Shown: positions 56,319-64,000 of the stretch, in pieces
Position numbering within the stretch: the first letter of the stretch is position 1
How the letters are laid out: the number at the start of each line of letters is the position of its first letter
Assembly (NCBI GenBank): GCA_028717685.1
Contig: JAQUNI010000004.1
Coordinates: 8,599-72,598, forward strand
Length of the DNA: 64,000 nucleotides
Direction: 5' to 3'
Source: Patescibacteria group bacterium
Lineage (GTDB): Bacteria; Patescibacteriota; JAQUNI01
Made by a program: the position numbers and the translations under genes
The notes under the pieces: model-generated
Databases searched by the model: none
What the model was told of the DNA's origin: nothing
What the model saw: the letters and a program-made list of their open reading frames with translations, nothing else

Positions 56319-57251
56319 TCATAATTCATTATTCCTGATTCGATTATTTATTTTCCATCTTTTCTGCAAAAAGTAAGTAAGATGGGGTTTAAATTTATGA
56401 ATATTATTTTTTAAACTGGTATTGCCTTTGATTTTGATTTGAGCGAAATCCATATTTCCTAACTTTAGTTTATCACAATAATACAAATAGCCAATATCTT
56501 TAGGGTTAAAGCCCATTATTCTTGCCATTACACTATCCGCCGCCAAGAAATCACAGGAAGCGAGGGCTAGATGCAGAGGAACAATATTGCCGGCAGAAGG
56601 TCCGTTTCCTTCCATAGCGTGAAATCCATCAATCACCGCGAGATGGGGAGGAATGATTTTCGCTAAATAAGCAATAGTTAAATGAAGAGCTTTAGGACCT
56701 TGATGAAAATTGCGGTTGCCGGTTTTATATTTCTCCTTGAGCGCCCCTATTACCATATTTTTCAGGCTCAAGGTTAAAATTACCGCGTCGTGGGTTTTGG
56801 GCGGTCCGACCGCAATACGAAAATCGCTGTCTAGAAAAGCTCTAAAAATATGCTGGGTAAGATCCCGCTTTAAAGATTTAGAATAAATTTTGATTGCCGC
56901 TCCCTCATCATTATCCAAAGCCCTTAATTCAAGATCATATAGGCGAGGCAAATCTAAATAACCAAAGTTTTTGAAAGCCTCGGCTGTATCGCCCACTCCG
57001 GAGTCCTCGCCAACGATTACCCGCGCTTCTTTATCTTTGACCGCAAAAATAAAATCCAAAACCGCACGCAGGGCGTCAACATGGGTTACTGCTTCGGTAC
57101 GATCAGCGCGAATGGCGACACAATTCGGTTTCACTAAAATTTTTCTCTTGTCTTGGATTTTGGTTTTAATTTCCGGCTCTAAAATAGCAAGGGATCTTTT
57201 TATGTTTTCGTAACGATTGTTGCCTTTGATGAGACTTACTATACTTTTCAT
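56319..57251 (-). CDS. DUF362-domain protein
   Basis: 'KILVKPNCVAIRADRTEAVTHVDALRAVLDFI' resembles the DUF362 N-terminal region. 310 aa. Confidence 0.5.
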   Translation of the reverse strand: MKSIVSLIKGNNRYENIKRSLAILEPEIKTKIQDKRKILVKPNCVAIRADRTEAVTHVDALRAVLDFIFAVKDKEARVIVGEDSGVGDTAEAFKNFGYLDLPRLYDLELRALDNDEGAAIKIYSKSLKRDLTQHIFRAFLDSDFRIAVGPPKTHDAVILTLSLKNMVIGALKEKYKTGNRNFHQGPKALHLTIAYLAKIIPPHLAVIDGFHAMEGNGPSAGNIVPLHLALASCDFLAADSVMARIMGFNPKDIGYLYYCDKLKLGNMDFAQIKIKGNTSLKNNIHKFKPHLTYFLQKRWKINNRIRNNEL

Positions 57252-57381
57252 ATGGGCAGTATTTTTGAATTAGTCCGAGCTCCAGTAGTAAAGTAAAGTT
57301 TATTACTGCAGGGTTTAACAATTTCCAACTTTTTACTGTGCACGTCCGTAGCTTTAGCGGAGGAGTAGCGGCAACAGTTAT

Positions 57382-57894
57382 CTACCGAAAAAAAGATGTA
57401 ATTGATTGGATAAAGGCCGGTGCTTCAGAAAATGGGTATAAGCTTTTAAACCAACCACCGAATGCGTATAAACCAATGGCACCACCACCAACCGCATAGC
57501 CACCGATTGCCAATCCTCCGATAGCTATGATCCCGACGGCGAGACCGCCAAAAGCAATAACGCCAATTGACAAACCACCAATGGAGAACAGTAATCCCAA
57601 GCTCAACCCGCCAAAAGAGATAAGGCCAGCGCTCAAACTGCCTATGGAAAGTAAACCAACTGTAAATAAGCCGATAGCAATCTTGCCTTTTGCAAAAATA
57701 CCAATCGCAATACTGCCCTTTGCCTTCAGCCCAATATTAATGAAACCTTTGTCAGCGATAGAGACAGTACCGTCATCATTTCTGCCCCAGCAAATGTGAT
57801 AAGTCGGCTTCCCGAAGATTTGAGAGGAACTTACTTTTTCAAATTTCATTTGGCGAGGTTGACTATTAGAAGGGTCCATATGTTTTTTAGACAA
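57382..57894 (-). CDS. Glycine-zipper hexapeptide-repeat protein (putative membrane protein)
   Basis: About 17 tandem G-x-h-S/A-I-G hexapeptides ('IGGLSIGVIAFGGLAVGIIAIGGLAIGG...') encoded by an 18-nt periodic DNA repeat (57430-57740). Confidence 0.5.
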   Translation of the reverse strand: MSKKHMDPSNSQPRQMKFEKVSSSQIFGKPTYHICWGRNDDGTVSIADKGFINIGLKAKGSIAIGIFAKGKIAIGLFTVGLLSIGSLSAGLISFGGLSLGLLFSIGGLSIGVIAFGGLAVGIIAIGGLAIGGYAVGGGAIGLYAFGGWFKSLYPFSEAPAFIQSITSFFR

Positions 57895-57912
57895 ACATTA
57901 TTTTTTCGACTG

Positions 57913-57985
57913 AGCCCACGGTCGGATTTGAACCGACAACCTACGGTTTACGATACCGTTGCTCTACCAGTTGAGCTACATGGGC
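57913..57985 (-). tRNA. tRNA-Thr (anticodon CGU), no encoded CCA
   Basis: GCCCAUG/CGUGGGC acceptor. D-arm GCUC-AACUGGUA-GAGC. Anticodon loop AUCGUAA. T-arm GUCGG-UUCAAAU-CCGAC. Discriminator U. Confidence 0.8.
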
Positions 57986-58198
57986 TTGAGAGCGATGGCG
58001 GGCAGGCCGCGTCCGCCTCGCCTGAACGAGCTACTTAGGCTCGCGATGGCGGGGGGGGCGATACTGTTATTTTATATCAGTTTATGGAGTATATTTACGA
58101 CTTCGCTTGGGCTCATTTTATCAGAAATTCCTGATGAAAACCAGTGCCCGCCGCCACAGGCGGCGGGCAGAAAAACCCGACGGCTCGCAGGCAAAAAA

Positions 58199-58272
58199 TG
58201 GAGCGGAGTACGGGAGTCGAACCCGTCTTTCAACCTTGGGAAGGTTACGTTGAGCCGCTCAACTAACTCCGC
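58199..58272 (-). tRNA. tRNA-Gly (anticodon CCC), CCA encoded
   Basis: GCGGAGU/ACUCCGC acceptor. D-arm GUUG-AGCGGCU-CAAC. Anticodon loop UUCCCAA. T-arm ACGGG-UUCGACU-CCCGU. U73-CCA. Confidence 0.8.
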
Positions 58273-58584
58273 AAAATTGATATGGAACTTCGGGAAGTCC
58301 CGAAAAATTCAAAATCTTTGATTTTGCAAATTTTTCGCGATCCCGTTATGTCCAAGTGGTTGAGGAAATTAAATAGCTTCTAAACTGATAGATTTTGAAT
58401 TCACGGGATCCTCGAAAATGTTACCAAGTAAAACTTGGACATTTTTGGGACAAGTGCACTACCACTGTGCTACTCTCGCAATATGTCATCATATCCCTAT
58501 TGATGATTAAATTTGTGCGCCAAAAACTTAATCAACCCATCCGCTGGAGCGAGATTAATATTGATTTTTAAAATTATTGAAATA

Positions 58585-59658
58585 TTATTCAGTGCTGCCT
58601 AAGTCAATAAACTTATAAATCTTCATTTTTGCCTTTTGTTCTTCCAGCCATTTTTGGAACCATTCTGTGGGGTCAACGGTGCGGATAAGGATATGACGGG
58701 CATGAACTTGTTCTTCGCCAGTATCTAATTTGCCTTTATCTTCCACTTTAATGATATGATAGCCATATTCTGTCTGGATTAAATCACTTATTTCCCCTTT
58801 ATTCAACGCAAAGGCGGCATCTTCAAAAGCGGGCATCATTGCGCCGCGACCAAACGTTCCTAAATCCCCGCCTTGTTCGCTGCTAGAAGGATCTTCGGAA
58901 TATTCACGCGCTAAATCTTCAAAATTAGCGCCTTTCGCTTTTACTTTGGCTAGGACTTCTAGGGCTTTTTTTTGGACTTCCTCATTTTCTTGATCGGCGT
59001 TAAACACATTCTCCAATAATTTTGTCTGTTCCAAATACGGCACGATTACCTGCTGTTTAAAGTCATCCATACTCCACCCATACATTTCCTGAACCATTTT
59101 TGCGATTTCATCCGAACCACCAAAAGTGGTCTCTGCTTGTTTTAACTCCGCTTCTATATCTTTGTCCTCAATGACAATATTTTTGTCTCGCGCCAGGTCG
59201 GAAACAATCTTGTCCATAATCATTTTCTCTAAAACCGCGCTTTGCAAACTCTTTAATTGTTCCTGACCATCGGAGGTAGTGAAGTCCATTCCTTCCTTTT
59301 CATAATACTTTTTTAAAGCCTCCACATTTGACTCCCAATTTTTAATTGGAATAAAGCGGAAGGCAAAAATTCCTTGCGGATTTAAGAAGTTATACTGTTC
59401 AATGTTGGTGGCGGCGATAGGAAAAGGAAAATTACCAATCGCCGCGCTTAAAATTTTCTGTTGCCAACCATCTTTATTCACGGAAAGTCCTTCGGATTGC
59501 CAAGGATATTTATAGACGCCCAATCCCAGGACAACCAAAGAACCCAAGACTAAAATAATGAGACCGCCGCCTGTTATCCATAAAAAAAACTTTTTACCAT
59601 ATTGCGTTTTCTTTTTTATATCCTCCGCGGGTTCATTTTTCTGTTTTTCTTCTTGCAT
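58585..59658 (-). CDS. Parvulin-type peptidyl-prolyl cis-trans isomerase (PrsA/SurA-like), membrane-anchored. Start at 59658 (MQEEKQ).
   Basis: 'EQGGDLGTFGRGAMMPAFEDAAFAL...YGYHIIKVED' PpiC domain. The upstream ORF extension overlaps ftsB-like gene. Confidence 0.7.
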   Translation of the reverse strand: MQEEKQKNEPAEDIKKKTQYGKKFFLWITGGGLIILVLGSLVVLGLGVYKYPWQSEGLSVNKDGWQQKILSAAIGNFPFPIAATNIEQYNFLNPQGIFAFRFIPIKNWESNVEALKKYYEKEGMDFTTSDGQEQLKSLQSAVLEKMIMDKIVSDLARDKNIVIEDKDIEAELKQAETTFGGSDEIAKMVQEMYGWSMDDFKQQVIVPYLEQTKLLENVFNADQENEEVQKKALEVLAKVKAKGANFEDLAREYSEDPSSSEQGGDLGTFGRGAMMPAFEDAAFALNKGEISDLIQTEYGYHIIKVEDKGKLDTGEEQVHARHILIRTVDPTEWFQKWLEEQKAKMKIYKFIDLGSTE

Positions 59659-59719
59659 TTTGAGTGTGTAGCGAATTGCCTTCCTTAATTTACAAAGCAA
59701 GGAACGCGAATTCGCAAAG

Positions 59720-60151
59720 TTATTGATTAGAAAAAAAATAATACCACCATTTGCGGGGATTGTCCCTGCCTGCGTCCACTTTCTCGCCAGTGGAATTTTG
59801 CTGGATATCATTCGTTCCTAAAATCGTCGCATCCTCTGTTTTCTTTTTGACAGGAATGGCGACCACTGTTTCTCCCTCTCTTTGCAAATTTAGTTTCTGG
59901 CGGGCCATTTTTTCCTTAAAGGCATCGGTGGAAAAATAGCCGATTAACCCCGATAATTCTTTGTTTTTGCCTTCAGCCTTTTCAATTTCTTGACGGATTG
60001 CTTGAATTTCCTGCTGAATAGCGTGGCGGCGATAGATCGCCTTGCCCAGGGCGATGGAAATAAAGATTAATAAAATCAAACTGCCTACTAAAATCAGCTT
60101 GGAACTCAAAATTCTCTTCAATGTGGTGACTTGTTTATCGTGATGTTTCAC
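59720..60151 (-). CDS. ftsB: Septum formation initiator family protein (FtsB/DivIC-like)
   Basis: Single TM plus coiled-coil 'IQQEIQAIRQEIEKAEGKNKEL' and a 'REGETVVAIP' C-terminal motif. Confidence 0.55.
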   Translation of the reverse strand: MKHHDKQVTTLKRILSSKLILVGSLILLIFISIALGKAIYRRHAIQQEIQAIRQEIEKAEGKNKELSGLIGYFSTDAFKEKMARQKLNLQREGETVVAIPVKKKTEDATILGTNDIQQNSTGEKVDAGRDNPRKWWYYFFSNQ

Positions 60152-60304
60152 ATTAGAACTTAAAATCTCAAATAAGGTAGAACGTAAAATGCAACCATTG
60201 ATAGGCTGACAATCACAACAATAATGGTGGCTAAAATTCTTTTTTTACCTTTTAAACGCATAGAATTCAAGTAAAAGGTTAAAAGTTAAATCTGATAGAT
60301 CAAG

Positions 60305-62098
60305 TTATTCTCTTTTTAGTATAGCTAAAAAGGCTTCGGAAGGCAACTCTATCCGTCCAATTTTTTTCATTTTTTTCTTGCCTTTTTTTTGTTTTTCCAG
60401 AAGTTTATCTTTACGCGTGCGGTCACCGCCATAAAGCTTTGCGGTAACATCTTTACGAAAAGCGCCTAATGTCTCGCGGGCGATAATTTTACCGCCGATT
60501 GCCGCCTGAATTGCCACTTCAAACATTTGGCGGGGAATGATTTTTTTTAATCTCCCTGTCATCGCGCGACCAATGCCGAAAGCCTCATCCGGATATACGA
60601 GCATGGAGAGAGCGTCGATTTTGTCTCCGGCGATTAAAAAATCCAAAAGGATAATTTCTGTTTTTTGATAACCGGCTAATTTATAACTTAAAGAGGCGTA
60701 GCCTGAAGAAACGCTTTTGAGGTTATCATAAAAATCCAAAATAATTTTGACCAGCGGAATTTTATAGGTTAAAACCGTAATGCCAGACGTTAAATACTGC
60801 TGATTAAGATATTCCCCCTTCCGTTTTTGCACCAACTCCATCACCTGCCCCAGGTATTGAACAGGTGTAATAATGTCCATTGCGACGTATGGCTCTTCAA
60901 TATAGTCAATTTCTGATAGCGGGGGCAATTCCGCGGGGTTATTTAAAAACGTCATTTCTCCGCTCCTTGGATAGATTTTGTAATTTACGGTCGGCGCCGT
61001 CAGAACTAAATTAACATTATACTCTCTTTCCAAACGTTCGCGGATAATGTCCATATGCAGAAGGCCTAAAAATCCGCAGCGAAAACCGAAACCCAAAGCT
61101 TGCGAGGAAACCGGTTCATAAGAGAGCGAAGCGTCGTTTAATTTTAATTTACCAAGAGCGGCTTTTAATTTATTGTATTCGTTGCTGTCCACGCAAAAGA
61201 TCTGGCTAAACACCATTGGTGTAATTTCCTTATAGCCGGGCAAGGGAGTGATTCCTAATTCCTGATTCATGCTTACTAATTCCGTTATAGTATCGCCAAC
61301 GCGGCACCTCGCCACCTCTTTTAACCCTGTGGCAATATAACCTACTTCACCCGCTTGCAATTTTTCAGTTTTTTTTCTCCCTGGAATAAAGTAACCAATT
61401 TCTAACGCTTCCGCTTGCGTCTCGGTGCCGATTATTTTTATTTTTGCCTCGTGGGTGATTTCTCCATCCACAATTCTTACCATGGCCACCACGCCTTGAT
61501 AGGTATTATAGAAAGAATCGAAAATTAAAGCGCGTAATGTCAGTTGGGGGTTCCCTGATGGCGCGGGGACAATGTTAATAACCTTGTCTAAGATATCCGC
61601 TACTCCCTCTCCTGTTTTGCCAGAGGCTAGCAGAATTTCCTCGGTTGATATCCGCAATAGACCTGCTAAATCTTGGCGCACTTTTTCCGTTTCGGCATTT
61701 ACCAAGTCAATTTTATTTACAACAGGGACAATTTTTAAATTCTGTTCGCGCGCTAAATTATAATTTGCCAAAGTCTGCGCCTGAATCCCTTGAGTCGCGT
61801 CCACAAGTAAAATCGCGCCTTCGCAAGCGGCAAGACTGCGTGAAACTTCATAAGTAAAATCAACATGGCCGGGCGTGTCAATTAAGTTCAAAATATGACC
61901 CTTCCACTCCATGCGCACAGGCTGCAATTTAATCGTAATCCCCCTTTCCCGCTCCAGATCCATAGTGTCCAGGGTTTGTTCTTTTAATTTTCGTTTTTCC
62001 ACTGTGCCGGTTAATTCCAAAAAACGGTCAGCGAGCGTGGATTTGCCGTGATCAATATGGGCGATAATGCAAAAGTTGCGGATTTCGCTTTGATTCAT
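60305..62098 (-). CDS. lepA: Elongation factor 4 (LepA). Start at 62098 (MNQSEIRNF).
   Basis: 'IIAHIDHGKSTLADR' G1, 'DTPGHVDF' G3, 'NKID' G4, LepA C-terminal domain. Confidence 0.9.
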   Translation of the reverse strand: MNQSEIRNFCIIAHIDHGKSTLADRFLELTGTVEKRKLKEQTLDTMDLERERGITIKLQPVRMEWKGHILNLIDTPGHVDFTYEVSRSLAACEGAILLVDATQGIQAQTLANYNLAREQNLKIVPVVNKIDLVNAETEKVRQDLAGLLRISTEEILLASGKTGEGVADILDKVINIVPAPSGNPQLTLRALIFDSFYNTYQGVVAMVRIVDGEITHEAKIKIIGTETQAEALEIGYFIPGRKKTEKLQAGEVGYIATGLKEVARCRVGDTITELVSMNQELGITPLPGYKEITPMVFSQIFCVDSNEYNKLKAALGKLKLNDASLSYEPVSSQALGFGFRCGFLGLLHMDIIRERLEREYNVNLVLTAPTVNYKIYPRSGEMTFLNNPAELPPLSEIDYIEEPYVAMDIITPVQYLGQVMELVQKRKGEYLNQQYLTSGITVLTYKIPLVKIILDFYDNLKSVSSGYASLSYKLAGYQKTEIILLDFLIAGDKIDALSMLVYPDEAFGIGRAMTGRLKKIIPRQMFEVAIQAAIGGKIIARETLGAFRKDVTAKLYGGDRTRKDKLLEKQKKGKKKMKKIGRIELPSEAFLAILKRE

Positions 62099-62197
62099 AT
62101 CTCTCGGGCTTAACGGAATATTATAAATAATAAAAAAAGAGTATGAACTGCCCTTTCGCCGCAATATCTAAACAAGCAAAAACGAATAGGACAAACT

Positions 62198-62998
62198 TTA
62201 TTTGTGCAGCATTATCCCTTCGCGGTCAAATTTTTCCTTAACATTTTTCAGCGCTAAAGATTTAACCGAAAGGATTTCGCCTTCCTCTTGCCAATGCGTC
62301 CACCAAAAAAAGAATCTAAGCGCGATATATCCCCTTTCAATTTTATTGATCCAAACTTGAGGCGCTGGCTTCTCTAAAATTCCCGGAGTTTGGATAAGAG
62401 CCTCTATCCCTTTTTCTATCGCCCTTTTAATACTGTTATCGTCCTTGATACAGAAAATAAAATCACTTCTCCTTTTTGGAAAAGAGGTAGTGCAAACAAT
62501 GATTTGGTTTGAAATTATTTGATTGGGAATAAGGACATCATTGCCATCAAAAGTGCGCAAGACGGTATAACGGGCTTTGATTTCCTTGACCTTGCCGGAA
62601 TAACGATCCACCCGAATCTGGTCTCCAACTCGAAACGGCTTTTGGATTAAAATCATCGCTCCGCCCACGAAATTTTTGATCACATCCTGAAGCGCGAAAC
62701 CTACCACTAAACCAGTTAAACCAACACCGGTAATCAGAGCCGTCAGATTAATTCCCAAGATGCCTAGCGCTATCACTACCCCCATAGCGATGACGAGCAA
62801 GTTAGCAATATAACCTATGAGAAATTTTTCTTGAGTTTGCAATTTGATTTTATTCCCCAGACGATTAAAAAAAGAGCGGGTGATTTTCGCAATAACCACA
62901 AAAATCAAAAAGACCAAAAGGGCAATAATGAGAATCGGCATTTTATAGAGAGTAATTTGCCAATAGTTATCAAAGGCTCTGCTGATTTGGTCTAACAT
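62198..62998 (-). CDS. Small-conductance mechanosensitive channel (MscS family)
   Basis: 3 TM, then 'GLVVGFALQDVIKNFVGGAMILIQKPFRVGDQIRV' MscS pore/beta-domain signature. Confidence 0.8.
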   Translation of the reverse strand: MLDQISRAFDNYWQITLYKMPILIIALLVFLIFVVIAKITRSFFNRLGNKIKLQTQEKFLIGYIANLLVIAMGVVIALGILGINLTALITGVGLTGLVVGFALQDVIKNFVGGAMILIQKPFRVGDQIRVDRYSGKVKEIKARYTVLRTFDGNDVLIPNQIISNQIIVCTTSFPKRRSDFIFCIKDDNSIKRAIEKGIEALIQTPGILEKPAPQVWINKIERGYIALRFFFWWTHWQEEGEILSVKSLALKNVKEKFDREGIMLHK

Positions 62999-64000
62999 TT
63001 ATTTTCTTAATTTTTTCAAGAATTAACTTAATTTCTGCACATTTTAGAAGTAAAGTCAAGAAAAAATAGGTCGCTGTGCCAATGATCGTCGCGCCCATAG
63101 CTTGCACCAAAACGCCCCAAAATCTATGCATATCCACAAGAGGCGCGATTAAGTATAAAGAGCCATAAACCGCGCCACCCATCAGAATAGTCGCCAAAAT
63201 AACTTTTAAACCGCATTTGATAATTTTAGTATCGTCTAAATTTTCTAATTTCAACCTTAAGATGATCAAGAGAGCCAACATATCCATAAAACTCGCAATG
63301 GAAAAAGCTAAGGAGAGCCCAGCGACGCCTATTCTTTTGGATAAAAATACGCTCAAGACGATGTTGATTAAAAGTGAAATTACGCTTACGATGACTGGCG
63401 TTTTAGTGTCTTTTAAAGCAAAAAAGGCGCGAGCAAGAAGAAGGATTAAACTCTGGGCAAAAATCGAAATGGAAAAGAATCCTAAAGTAGCCGCCGTCCT
63501 TATAGTGCTAGACCAATCAAATTCACCCGTGCCTAAAACTAAACGCACAATTTGGGCGCGTAAAAGGAGAAAAATAACGCTCACTGGAACGGTTAAATAA
63601 ATAATCTGGCAAAAAGAACGAGACAATGTTTGAATAAATTGTTTTTTCCCCTGACCATTGCTAAAAGAAGCTAGGTCAGGAAAAGTGGCGGTCGCGATAG
63701 AGACGCCGAATAAACTGATGGGTAAAAATTGAAGATTATTAGCAAAATAATACACAGACACAGCGCCAACTCCTAAAGTAAAGGCAATAATTTTATTAAT
63801 CCAAAAACCCGCCTGTTGAGCCACTAAACCGAAGGTGCGCGGGATCGCCAGCTTTATCACTCTTCTTACCTCCATAGAAAACCCCCATTTTGGTTTGAAA
63901 CGGAACCCGGCAGTAGCCAAGGAAGGCAATTGAATTGCCAAATGGAGAAAAGAACCCGCAAGGACACCGAAAGCCACGCCGTAGATTCCCCAAAAGGGAG
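62970..64000 (-). CDS. murJ: Lipid II flippase MurJ (C-terminal about 340 aa). The N-terminus lies beyond the window edge.
   Basis: Polytopic, MurJ/MviN-like 'RAFFALKDTKTPV' and 'GLSLAFSIASF' motifs. The reading frame is open through position 64000 (ORF-track start is an internal GTG). Confidence 0.7.
   Translation of the reverse strand, partial: PFWGIYGVAFGVLAGSFLHLAIQLPSLATAGFRFKPKWGFSMEVRRVIKLAIPRTFGLVAQQAGFWINKIIAFTLGVGAVSVYYFANNLQFLPISLFGVSIATATFPDLASFSNGQGKKQFIQTLSRSFCQIIYLTVPVSVIFLLLRAQIVRLVLGTGEFDWSSTIRTAATLGFFSISIFAQSLILLLARAFFALKDTKTPVIVSVISLLINIVLSVFLSKRIGVAGLSLAFSIASFMDMLALLIILRLKLENLDDTKIIKCGLKVILATILMGGAVYGSLYLIAPLVDMHRFWGVLVQAMGATIIGTATYFFLTLLLKCAEIKLILEKIKKINVRPNQQSL

Noticed and set aside
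1-64000. CRISPR arrays, rRNA genes, integrase or transposase genes
   Set aside because: No regularly spaced direct repeats with unique spacers were seen. There are no rRNA signatures and no recombinase or transposase motifs (the MITEs appear non-autonomous).

Overview
This 64 kb window reads like a low-GC, gene-dense bacterial chromosome. Almost all genes are on the minus strand, and several are archaeal-type (pyruvoyl-dependent arginine decarboxylase, EndoQ-like nuclease, Mth938-like protein, class 1B DHODH fusion, type IV pilins). I infer a small-genome candidate-phyla-radiation (Patescibacteria)-like organism.

The core content is housekeeping:
- fused pyrimidine biosynthesis enzymes (PyrE-PyrF and PyrK-PyrD)
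- prfB with its programmed +1 frameshift, followed by ftsE and ftsX
- a P-type ATPase, tmk, two pilin paralogs, rarA, lepA, mscS and a partial murJ at the window edge
- three tRNAs: Gln, Thr and Gly
- many nucleotide-sanitizing hydrolases (three Nudix, Maf, SurE, two HD, histidine phosphatase)
- a glycosyl-hydrolase and transporter cluster, and a GT2 plus two GT-C glycosylation cluster.

The most notable accessory content is an AT-rich restriction-modification island at about 36.1-43.1 kb, with these parts:
- a hypothetical protein with an excisionase-like HTH
- a small Zn-ribbon protein
- a beta-class DNA methyltransferase
- an AlwI/Nt.BstNBI-family Type IIS endonuclease
- a RadC(JAB)-Dam methyltransferase fusion.

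This island sits next to tRNA-Gln. On the tRNA side of the island lies a GIY-YIG gene bracketed by an exact 14-nt duplicate of the tRNA 3' end, which looks like an attachment site.

The window is also littered with repeat elements. The main family is a GC-rich MITE with terminal inverted repeats and a CTCCCCCTCGGGCAGGGGGAG hairpin core, present in at least 8 copies. Two copies supply the stop codons of flanking genes, and a related palindromic element sits in-frame inside a membrane-protein gene. A second hairpin family (GGCTCCAYAG...CTATGGAGCC) occurs in 4 copies. AT-rich phased A-tract tracts recur in intergenic spacers.

Other points worth a second look:
- a frame-disrupting deletion at the 5' end of xth
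- a DUF2284/small-protein/HAD-like operon with a roughly 300-nt leader
- a plus-strand pair of ASKHA/FGGY kinases with their own promoter
- a glycine-zipper hexapeptide-repeat protein.

No CRISPR array or rRNA was seen.
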